The notes beneath the pieces were generated by a model. It ran no database searches. It was not told where the DNA came from and worked only from the letters and a program-made list of their open reading frames with translations. A stretch of DNA of 64,000 bases from Vicugna vicugna (Eukaryota), in contig MU057744.1 in NCBI GenBank assembly GCA_013265495.1, positions 2,183,370-2,247,369 on the forward strand. The letters run 5' to 3'. Position 1 is the stretch's first letter. Every line of letters begins with the position of its first letter. The position numbers and the translations under genes were made by a program. Below are positions 13,254 through 24,204 of this stretch, piece after piece.

Positions 13254-13809
13254 TGTATATATTTATTGAAGTATATGGTTACCGTGTGCTGTTTTCTTGA
13301 TCTGACAAATGCACACAGGTGAAAAACGTGTCGCCCTCTTCACAACTGTCGAGTTCTTCTTCTAATAGCTGTGATCAAATGAGAAACCTCCCTGATTCGA
13401 GGGAAGGGCACAGACTGCTGGATTACGCACCACCTTCTCTCTGCGAGCCGTAAACAACTGCTCTGAAATCTCGATGTCTGCAGTACTGGGTGCCCCTGGC
13501 TACCAGAAAGGGCTCCTGAGCTGTGGAGACAGGAGCGGCTCAGGGATAATCCACCTGCTGGCCTAGGGCTGCAGTGTGCACTGCTGCTCACAGCGCACTG
13601 ATGGTGTCAAATTCTAGTCTGCAATTTCCTTGTAAAGCCCAGCGAAACGGGCATACGCAGAATGCATTTGGATTGTGATACTGCAAATTAGAGTATTTTG
13701 GAACCAATAATCCATACCTACGCATTCCTTTCTTTATCTAGAATTATGCTTTCATTTTATCACTTGACTGTTAAAATGTTTATTAGACACAAGAGGATGA
13801 AACTGAATA

Positions 13810-14110
13810 CAGGCTAGGGTGAGTACAGGCTTTAGACATAGCCAGACCTGTGTTCTTTCATATTCATTTATTGATTAAACAAATATTTATGGTCATCCTA
13901 CCATGTGTACGCATTATTTAATACACAGGATAGAGCACAGAAAAAAATAAAGTCTTACTGTATGTATAATTGGGGGAAAATCATTTTTAACTTTTATGAA
14001 CCTCAGTTCTATCCTAGATCTGGGATTTATAATAACATTTAAGCACGAGGCAGGTAATATCAATAATAAATGTATTGGTTGCAGCTTATGGTAGGTAACA
14101 AAAATTTAGG
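13810..14110. mobile_element. MIR interrupted by an L2 3' fragment
   Basis: 'caggctttagacatagccagacctg' and 'tgaacctcagttc' (MIR); 'ttcatttattgattaaacaaatatttatgg...taccatgtg' (L2). Confidence 0.6.
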
Positions 14111-14487
14111 AAAATATTAAATAATACTAGACATTTCTGTTTTTATTACTATTTCTGATGTACTAGCAATGACACAAAAGGAGAGAGAAGTGTAAAACCA
14201 AATTATTTATGTAAAAGATGGTATCAATAATTTGTATTTGCTTGTCTTGTTAGATAAAGTTGGCAAAAGTTCAGAAAAACTCGTTTAGGATTATTTAGTG
14301 TCACTTTGAAAGGAGGTTGTGTTTCACATAAAAGGAAAACAATGTTGCAGTTTGATTTTGAGGCAGGAAGGTTGGTTTCCAGCCAACACAAGGTATAGTG
14401 ATGGTATGGTAAGTATAAAATATACTTTGTGTTTTTATAAACTTCTGCAAAATCCTGCATCGATATTGATGTTCAGTTATGATAGTC

Positions 14488-14652
14488 TTTTTTTTTTATT
14501 CTTAGTTTTTATTGAAGTGTAGTTGATTTACAATGTTAGTTTTAGGTGTACAGCAAAGTGATTCAGTTATACATAAACATACATACATATATTTTATTTC
14601 AGTTTCTTTTCCATTATGGCTCATTGCAAGATATCGAATGTAGTCCTCTGTG
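14488..14652 (-). mobile_element. L1 3' end fragment
   Basis: 'tttttattgaagtgtagttgatttacaatgttagttttaggtgtacagcaaagtgattcagttatac'. Confidence 0.9.
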
Positions 14653-14654
14653 TC

Positions 14655-15075
14655 AAAAGCTATAAAGGTCTTTTGTTGTGTTAATGAAGCAACTTTTGGA
14701 AAGCCCCTCGGTCACCCAAGCATGGGAGTGGGTCACCAGGGAAACCAACCATGCGATTAGAGCAGAATTTTCACCCAAGACCTCCAGGGAGGAGAGAGAA
14801 AGGCTGGAGACTGAGTTCAAATATTAATGGCTAATTTAATCAACCACACCTATAAAATGAAGTCCTATTAATAATCCAGTGGATGGGGTTCAGAGAGCTT
14901 CCCCACTGGTGAACATGTGGAGATGGAAATTCTGCGTACCTTCCACACACCCAGCCCATCTGGCTGTTTCTGAGTGACACCATTTTATAATAAACTGGTA
15001 ATCTAGTAAGTCAAATGGTTAGTTCTCACCAAATGTTTGGCTTTTAGTTCTGTGAGTCATTCTACCAAGTATTAC
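14655..15075 (+). mobile_element. MER21-family LTR
   Basis: 'gtcaccagggaaaccaaccatgcgattagag...ctccagggaggagag...ggggttcagagagcttcc...tttataataaactggtaa'. Confidence 0.8.
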
Positions 15076-15889
15076 TTACATTCTGACTACTTTGAAAACA
15101 AGAGACCTCCTCTAAACGTAGCTGTTGTCTGATCAGCAAATACTGAGGTGGGGAAATAAAAATACGACAGATGTCTCAAATTGGGGTGCAGGAGGGGACC
15201 CACACATCTTTAGAACACATTCCAGTTAGAGAAGAGGCTAGAAGCTTGCAATCCTTTGTTTATGAAATCCAGGCGCTAAGCTGATGTTGCAAAACTTACT
15301 TAATGTTGCAAACCTGCAACGCCTAATTGAGGCTGTAAAACTGGGTGCTGTCTTAGGTCTGGAGAGAACACCACTCACTACACAGCGTGTAGATGGCATG
15401 TTAGACCCAGGAGCTAACATCTGTGGAGTGAGTGCTGTGTCAACCACATTCCTTGATCTATTTTTCAAAACAATCCTGCAATGTAGATGCCCTGTTCCCA
15501 GGTGATGCACTAAACCCAGACGTGGTGAGTAACATACTCTGTGTTTCAATCAGCAGCCGAGGGTGTGGAGCCCAAATGCACACACGCTGTACCCGGGAAG
15601 CCCGTCCGTCTGTGGACTCCCTCCATCCATGTGAGTTTGCAGAACATGAAGCATTTGTCGTGTGAATACTTTTACAGTATAGGGGGAAATACGTACCATA
15701 ACCCAATTATGATGCAATTACTATCTAAAGATTCTATGTAAACAGAGTCAGAAAGAAATCTGTTTCTATATATATATACCTTGAAATCCTATGACCAACA
15801 CAAGTTTCATAAAAGGGTTTCATCGTATTTCATCATGTAATTGAAAAGCTTGTTTCTTTGATTATCAGTCCATCAGATATAAATTAAAA

Positions 15890-16029
15890 ATTTTTTTTTA
15901 TTTTGGTGGAGGAAGTAATTACATTGTTTGTTTGTTTGTTTACTTACTTTAATGGAGGGACTGGGGATTGAACCCAGGACCTCCTGGATGCTAAGCATGT
16001 GCTCTACCACTGAGCTAGCCCTCCCCCCT
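15890..16029 (-). mobile_element. tRNA-Ala-derived SINE (Vic-1-like)
   Basis: Reverse complement of GGGAGGGCTAGCTCAGTGGTAGAGCACATGCTTAGCA...GGTTCAATCCCCAG plus A-rich tail. Confidence 0.92.
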
Positions 16030-16180
16030 CAAATTTTTTTTAAGATCTTATTTTTTTAGACTAGTTCTAGGTTTCCAAGAAAATTGAGAGGGAGGTTCCA
16101 GAGACGTTCCATTTACCCGCTGCCCTCACCCCAGCCTAGCCTCCTCCCAGTAACACTCACCAGAATGGTGCATTAGGTTT
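16030..16180 (-). mobile_element. Old L1MC-type 3' end
   Basis: 'ttttttagactagttctaggtttccaagaaaattgag...caccagaatggtgcatt'. Confidence 0.65.
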
Positions 16181-18544
16181 ACTCAGAGAAACTCTCTGAT
16201 GATTTATTCCCCCAGCGAGATAAATGTGTGTTCAGTGTGCAGGAATTATAACGATCCTTGAGTTTGGGGTGACGATGGAACCCTCCCCACCTCTCCCTCA
16301 CCCCCTCCCCGTTCACAGGGAGTGAGGCCTCAGGCATCACTTGACAGGTTCCCTGACAGTTTCTTGGCCTGGAGAACTCAGTCTCCCGTGGTTGTTAAAC
16401 TCCTGCTAATTTGAGTCCAGGACAGAGGAGCTGAGAAACAAAGCTAAAGGGGAATGAACGGAAGGTAAGGTGAGTGGAAGAGTGGAAAGAAGGCCCATCA
16501 TAAATACGTAACAACACGTAACACAGCAAGTCAGCGATGCGTGTGCGATTCCTCCACGTGTTTCTGTTGATGGAGCTGTTTTGATCTGACTGTCTTCAGA
16601 AGAGTGTAGAAGCTGTCCTCCAGGAGCTCCTCCATCACGTGTCCCAGTTCCTCTGTAAAGCGCTCCTTCTGCAGTAACTGCACGTAGACAGACATCTTTG
16701 GAGGACACTGACGTACAGCACCACGTGTTGCTAAATATATCTTTCAACATTTTCATCATATTCTGAACCAAACCTAGAAATTCCGGACCTCTGAACAAAC
16801 ATTCAAGACTCTCCTCTCCCCAGCTGTCCACTGGGTCAAAGGCTTTGAGTTACTGAAATTATTCACTGCCACTATTGATATTGCAATGAAGAGCTTAATC
16901 TGCTCATTGAGCTGTCAGCCCCACGTAAGTCCCCCAGACCAGGAGCGTGCAGGCTACCTGCACGCTGAGACCTTCCTGAGGCAGGTGTCATGATCGCTGC
17001 GCTCTGTCCTGCAGCACTGAAAATTCCCTTTGAGTCCGTTTCTTAGGAGAACCCAGCTCTCACGCCCAAATCCCTTTCCTAAATGGCTCCTAGGACTAGA
17101 GATGCCCTTAGTGATACACAGGAGGCATCGCAGGGAACTCAGAGGGTAGACGGTCTCCTTGGCATATAACAAGTAGAGGAGAAGGTGGGTTTGCAAGGGC
17201 GCAGGGACAATGTAGGAACAGAAGCTTTTGTTTCCCCACTTGTAGCTTTTGCCTTTTTGTCATTGTCTCTTAGGTAGGAGAGTGACACTGATACTGTTAA
17301 CATTGCTACTAATTCATGCTGATATTCCAAGAATAGTTCTAAATCTGGAATAAAACAATAACTCTAATTGTTTGCAGATAAAAGGTGACCTCTTCCTTGG
17401 CACAGGAAATACTTGCAACGCACATGCAATTGCATCTCGATGCCTCTAAGGTTTGAATAGTTGGTCCAGAACAATAAAAGGATGCATTTCCCTGAGAACA
17501 GTTGACTTTTTGCACACAGCTAATTTCACCAAAACGTCTTAATTAGATACAAAATCCTCCCAGTCGATAGTTTGCCCCTGAAAAGAAATACACAGTTGAC
17601 TATCTTTATTGCTATGAACTGTGGTAACAGTAAGTTTACCTTTGGGTGGCATTTGAGAGTTTTCACAACATGACACAATTTCCTTCTTCTTTTATCTTTA
17701 CAGCTGGACTCTAATTATCTATTGATGGATATTAAAACTTTTACAGATAAGAATGCTGAGAAACGTTGAGTGCATTAGAACCTAAGAGGACATGGGGACC
17801 CAGGGACTTGGGGACAGTTGCCGAAATTTAGCTTTGCTTAATTAACTCGACAGAACTGTTCTGTCAATGAAATAGCCACCCTAGAAGTACACTGGAAGAT
17901 GTCACGTTCTATGCAATTTTCTCTTTCCATTCTTTATTTGTAAGTAATATCTATGGATTCCACTGCTATGATCTTTAAAGCTCTGTCAGGCCGTTTATTT
18001 CCTCCCTCACAGAAACCTTCTCCAACCATTGCTCTGTCCCCACCCCACACTGGAAGCGTTATGCATTATAAACGATGTTCCTGGCTCCGCTTCCTGCTTG
18101 GCATCACAGTGAGTGCACACGTGCATGTGTGCTGACTGCAGGGGAGGCGAGAAGGCGCGGCCCCTCCCCTGGACATGAGGGATGTGAAGTCCCGAAGCCC
18201 ACGTCAGCTGGGTCCTGGAGGAGCAGCCCATGCAGAGCAGAGCACAAAGCCAGCGAATCTGCATCCTCTTTTAAGCGTCCTTCAGCGAATGGGTGGGTGG
18301 CCCCAGAGACCTGCTTTTATGATGATCATGGAAATGCTCCCTCGTAGCATAAACACTCTCTCACTGAACTGAATACCAGCCCAGTCCAGCAAATGAACTT
18401 AAGGCGAATGGGAATTAGGTGTAAATGCTACGCCTTCATCCTAACTTATTCATAATTACTCATATTTATTTTTATTTTGCTCTGGATTTGTTCCTTGAGA
18501 GTTCATTTTCTCAGACGCTATTGCAAAATGTGGCCTTGAATTTT

Positions 18545-20098
18545 CTGAATAGCTCCATACTTTGAGTTATCATCTCTGGAAACCTAGTTAAAGCAAAAAT
18601 ACATTTAAATTTTTTAATTTAATTAAAATTAAAATTTCATTTTAAAGTCAAATTCTTTGCAGCTGTAGTTGTTCATTGCAACCTTGTTTACACGTTTTTA
18701 AAAGGGGAAACAGTCAAATGTTCATCAGCAAGGTCAAGGTTAATTTAAGAGTGACAGATAACCTGGAGTAGAACTTTGCAGAATAAGATAAGACTGACAG
18801 ATGAGGATATGGAAATACGCACGTGTGATGGAGTGTTTCAGCCCGTACACATGCTGGGTGCAGGAAGGGGTCCCTCCTTCACAGCAGGAGACATTCTCTT
18901 GACGTTGCTGTCAAAGAGCCATTTTCAGATCTGGTTGGCCACACAACCAGTATGGTTGTGGAAGGCAACTTGTAGGAGAAGGAATGGAGTTGAATATGCC
19001 CCTAATAACTGTAGAAGTCCCCCACGATTGCCAACGTCCTACAGATCACTTCCATTTCCCCCAATTTACTAGTGCAGCGTTAGCGCCACAGAGACTTTCA
19101 TGTCAGTTTCAGTATTGAATAACGTAGATGCCTCCGTCGCGTTTGCTTACTGCTACACGCAGACCCGTAATAACCAAGCACTTTCTGTACTGTCATTTCA
19201 CTCTCTTAATGATTCCGGAGGTGAATACTGTAATCATCAAACCCCTTTCACAGAACAGGAAACTGAGGCACCGACAGGCTCCGTGACTTGCCCAAGGCCA
19301 CACAACCAGCGACTTTGAAGTCAGAATTGATTTCAAAGCTGATACATGGTGAAGAGTCCTTGACCGTGACCACTACGGTGCACTGGCTTTCACGCCTGGG
19401 ACAGCCTTCATGCTGAGAACACACGGGCGAGGGATTTCAAAAGCTAAACAGCTTGACGGAATTAAAACTCCATAATGTGTTGTTAAATTCCATGCAGATT
19501 AAACTTCAGTGGGAAAAAGTTCTTTGACCATTACTTTCATGGAAGCCCTTTCCTCCAGGATGTCAAATAATACTGTATTTTGTTTTTTCCGCACGATACA
19601 TACCACAAACCTGCACAACAAAATGAGGACCAAGAATAAAGTCATCACAGATTCATTCACTGTAACATGAAGAGGTCACTGCAATAAATCATTTCTTTGC
19701 AACTTTCATGTATCATGAAACAAGGAAATTATTTCTGTACAAGTGAATGTAAGTATTTCAGCCCATCTGTAACAGTTCTACGTTTCACTAGTACGTCTTC
19801 CTCAACGCAGGTCAGGGTGCTCTGTCCCACGAGTGTGTTCCAGACATGCTCCCATACATTTTCTGTCATTATTTTTTTCTTCTGAATCGCCCCACGTCAA
19901 GTTGCACGTCATTCTTAAATTCACATTTACCTCGCGGGTGAACATTTTAATTGTTCCACTTTTAAAGACATGTAGACAAAGCTTCAGTGAGCAACTGCAG
20001 CCATAAAGAATTTGACTTTTAAATTTTAAATTTAATTTTAGTTAAACATTTAAATGCCTTTTCTTTAACTAGATTTCCAGAGACGAGAACTCATTCAG
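18545..20098. repeat. Diverged inverted duplication; arms 18545-18846 and 19807-20098
   Basis: Left 'tgagttatcatctctggaaacctagttaaag...aaagtcaaattcttt...aaatgttca...aatttaaga' aligns with the reverse complement of the right arm. Confidence 0.9.
19170..19390 (-). mobile_element. MIR SINE in the spacer of the inverted repeat
   Basis: 'cctttcacagaacaggaaactgaggcac...gtgacttgcccaaggccacac' is the MIR core. Confidence 0.85.
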
Positions 20099-20104
20099 AG
20101 TTAG

Positions 20105-20510
20105 CGGAGTTAGAGTGACTTTATTTGCAAGTGACAGAAGACCAAGTCAGTCCAAGCTAAGGGGGCAGAGGACGTATACTCGTGGCTAACCAAAACTCCT
20201 GTTGGGTTAAAGTTCTTATTCCAGGTTTTTAAGTCTCTCTTTTCTTCTTCTTCTGTGTGGAGCAGCTTCTCCTCAGTCTGGGTTCCCTGTGGTCGGGGAG
20301 TGAATACGCGGTGGCTCTGGAGAGCACGCCGCGTGCAGCTCCGTCCAGAGGAGGCAGGCTTCCTGGCTCTAACTCCTCAGAAAAGAGGAAAAAAACACTT
20401 CCTTCCTTGAAATTTCCAGCCAACGTTTCCTACAGTTACGCTGGCATATGCCCATCCTTGGGCCGACATTTGTGACCAAGGGCTCGGACTGAGATGACTG
20501 TCTTGGTATA
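20105..20510 (-). mobile_element. Old MLT1 (MaLR) LTR
   Basis: 'ttatttgcaagtgacagaagacc...aagctaag' start and 'atatgcccatccttg...tgtgaccaaggg' end. Confidence 0.55.
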
Positions 20511-20719
20511 AAAGTTAGTGTTTTGCTTTGTCAGCACCCAAAATTAACATACACATTTTTGATTTGGTAGCGTAATGACAGCTGTTGCAGCAAACCACCT
20601 TCACTACACAATGGCATCTACAGCCGAGCCAGGCGAGTGCCATGGTAACTCTGTGTGGTTACGTGAGGTTTTCATTGCTCTAACAGTTTGAGTCTGCAGT
20701 TGGAGTTAAGAAGACATAT

Positions 20720-21000
20720 CTAAATTTTGCTCTATAAAATTTTTATAAATTTTGTATAGTAAGTTTTACAAATTTTATACTTTTATTTTATAAAATTTTC
20801 ATTTTAAATTTAAATTCAATTTATACGTTTAAATTTTTATTTTAAATGTATTTATAAAATTTATAAATTTTATAAAGTAAAAAAGCCACATTATAGGAGA
20901 ATATTTACTACAGTTTAAATATTATTTATTTAATATTATTTTAATGGTTATTATATAATAATCATAATGATTACTGTACAACTTTAATGATTACTGTTTA
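20720..21000. repeat. AT-rich low-complexity tract
   Basis: Nearly pure A/T with repeated 'tttataaa' and 'aaatttt' units. Confidence 0.9.
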
Positions 21001-21073
21001 GTGATGATTTTGACAGCTTAATGGTACTTTCTTTCGAAATTAGTCCAAGACCAGGTAGTTGCAAACACTGATT

Positions 21074-21150
21074 TATTCACTGTGCTGTACACCAGAAGCT
21101 AACCCAACATTGCAATTCAACTATAATTTAATAACAAAAAAATTCTTTTT
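21074..21150 (+). mobile_element. Very short L1 3' terminus
   Basis: 'ttcactgtgctgtacaccagaagctaacccaacattgcaattcaactata'. Confidence 0.8.
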
Positions 21151-22701
21151 TTTTTTAAACTGCTGTTTTAACGCGACTCCAGATTTGAATCATCAAACCC
21201 CTTTCGCTGGAGGGTACCACCCAGGCTCTCTCTGGGAATCAAACTTATTACTTTGTTTAAATAGATTTCACTGATACAACTATTCCTTGAGAGTCCATCC
21301 TGCCGGCATCTTGTAATCTGAAGTCAGCAGAAGACGCAGCCCTGCTTCCTGCAGGGTCACCTAGTCCAGCAGGAAAGCATCTGAGGAGATCAAAGGTGAT
21401 GTGGGGCTGAGACACCAGCAGAAAAGGCCGAGGCAGGCGTGAACGCGGGGCAGGGGCGAGTGTGTCACTGCTCGTGTTGTTTATGAAGGAACATCAGCGG
21501 CCCGCAGCAGCCTGATGCTAACCGCCGCCGGGGAAGACAGTGCAGGCAGGGGGCGCTCACGCCTGCTTCAGCAGTCAGAAGGCTTTGAATGGTGTTGCCA
21601 CTGACTTTCCTGTTACTCTTTTTGCTCGTTCTTGTGCCCCAGTTAATTTATTTCAAAGGCGTCCACTGTTTCCCGTGTCCTCCTGATGGGAACACAGTTG
21701 TGCTGACACACTGGCTTCAGGCGAATCGACAACCTCGAATCACCACGGTGGCTGTGTTTGCCGTGGAAGGTTCTGCGGGCGGGAGGCTCAGAGCAGACAG
21801 ACCACTCCCTGGCCACTGTGCTGGGGAGTGGCGGGCTGAGAGGAGGCCCACAGAAGACCGTCGGGCTGTTCTTTGTGCTGCATCGCCCACGATTAATCAC
21901 ATTTTCAAGTATATTTTGCTCAAACAGGTCTTTTTCTTGCTCAGAATTACCCAGGAATACCAAGAAACCAGAGCTGCTAAGAAAAGGAGAAGTGGGTATA
22001 ATTCTGATCTGTGCTAATTAGCCGCTCAGGGGTCCTTAAAACTTGAGCGGTTCTCATCTATGTCAAAAAACTTAATAGGCATTATTCACTTAACTGTATT
22101 AAAAATGTGCCACTAAGTAAAATACCCACCCAGTTGGTTTGACTTGGGATGAAAGGATTGAACTCATTGTGGTCACGTTCAGGGTGATAAGAAATTTGAC
22201 CGCCAATGCGGACTGTCTTTGATGAACCAGACACTCTCTCACAATCACACAAAGCCTTTGTGGGTTCTCGCAGGAAAATGGCTGCAGAACGGCGTCACTG
22301 GCATAGCCGGAGTATTGCTTCAAGGGGCAAAGTTTGAGAGGAACACGGGACACCAAAGGCAGATGGTTAAAAATACAGCCCTTCACCTGCTCAGGATGCA
22401 GTTCCTGTTCCTCTGCGGGAGGCTCCCCCGTGGCTCGGACTCTGGCTTGAGCGGCTGGGCTCGTGGGCGCCCTGGGAGTAAAGTCGCCAGACTAGCACTC
22501 CTGGGGAGACTGGAGTTGGGAAGACTCCCCGTGGAACATGAACCTGTCTCTCCTTCTTCTCGTTTGGGTCCGCTGCCTGATCCCACGTGCAAGGCTTCCT
22601 TTATTCTTTACTTTTTATAAAGTTCTGTACCCTCTGAACTGGCTGACGCGAACTGCACGAGGATCTCGAAGGACTTCGTAGTGAAACACTGTGCGCCAGC
22701 T

Positions 22702-22721
22702 ACACACACACACACACACAC
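22702..22721. repeat. (AC)n microsatellite
   Basis: Directly visible. Confidence 0.9.
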
Positions 22722-24204
22722 TCACCCCTTCCACGCTCCTTGTAAAGGCACGGCCACTTTTTGGTCCTTACTGGTCTTGTGCAGAATGTTCATTCAGTAC
22801 CTGATCACTGGCAGGTAAGGTGCTGACGTCGCCAGGGGACTGCACACCAGGCCCTGTCACTTAATAATTCCTTCAGGAGGATCAGGCAGCAGTAACCATG
22901 AAGCAATTTATTAACACAGCGAAACTGAGACTCTGTTTTAAGTTCCAATCGTAATGCTATTTTGTCTAGAGGACATTGATTTTGTTTCACCAAAAACGGA
23001 AGGGAAATCGAATTATGATTCAAATTACTAGCATAATGGGAAATCGTTTGGATTCCTTTCGTTGCACGACTGACACCCGGTGAATAAGTTAACCACATAC
23101 TACTGAAGAGCTCTTCGGGGAGAGGGAGGTGAAATCCTCATTAACCATCTGTCAAAGGTTCACAATGATTAAGTCAGGGGTGGGGGTGGTTAAAATGTAA
23201 GGTTACTGACAATGCAGGACCCACTTTAGCCAGGATGAAAAACAGGTTTTTAGACACAGAGAAGAATTGTGAGTTTCTTATTAAAAGGGCTTTGGGAAGG
23301 GTTCTAGTCACAGGTAGTTCAAAAGTGTTGACAAGTGAGGCTGGCGCAGCTGTCCACTGAGACCTGTCAGGGGCAGCAGGTCCTGGGACTGACAGGAGGA
23401 GAGAGAGGTTTGATGAGCATGCTGCCTTTTCTCTCCATTCCAGTCGGCTGGGCTTCGCATGGAGTGCAAGCAGGTATTCTGTGTGCTCTCTGTCACAGTC
23501 TGGTGCCTCGCGGTGCATGTGATCTCGATGTTACATTGGAAACTTCCCCACCGACTCCTTCTGTTTTCTCTCTTCCGTGTCCTGGATGTAGACATAGGGC
23601 CTTAGAGGGCTGGCCTGAGTTTCTAGTCCACGTGCTCCCTTCGAGGAAGACCTTTTGGGAGGCTTTTCAGAGTTCTGACGGGAAGCACAGGACACTTGGA
23701 GGTCAGGGTCTGAAGACGATTCAGTGAAGGAGTGAGGCACGTCCGGGGGTTAGGATCTTGGCAGGGGATGCTGTGGCCTCCAGGGCTAGTGACCACGGAG
23801 AGCGGGAGCCCATCTTCACGCCTGGAGCCTCGGAGGTGAAACTCCTGGAGAAGCGGCCGCCCTAGCGAGCACGTGGGCCATTTGAGTACAGCCACCTCCC
23901 GAGCCGCGACGCGGGAAGGGGGACCCTGCTGGGGAAGAAACGGACAGAATGCTGCCCCCGTCCCGGTCCCCTGCAGGCGCTCCTGCTGGCCCAGCTCAGT
24001 CAGAGCGAGGGGGCCAGGGAGCCCGGGGCTGAGGCCCAAGCGTGTCCTCGGGAGCACAGCAGGAGGAGCGGTGCCGAGAGTGCACGAGGGGGAGGTGGAA
24101 AGTGCCACAAAGCGAACCGGCGGACAAGACCGGAACTTTCAGACGTTGTTCTAAAGGGGACGCTCACCGGTCAGGGCACAGTCAGTGTCAACTCCCTGGC
24201 TTTA

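Noticed and set aside
11947..13322. Functional reverse transcriptase gene
   Set aside because: Truncated, inverted L1 ORF2 with stops and frameshifts
19500..19610. Minus-strand peptide FVVCIVRKKQNTVLFDILEERASMKVM loosely recalls the AIM2 HIN domain
   Set aside because: Only about 27 residues judged from memory, no similarity in flanking sequence, and no other PYHIN exons visible; probably chance
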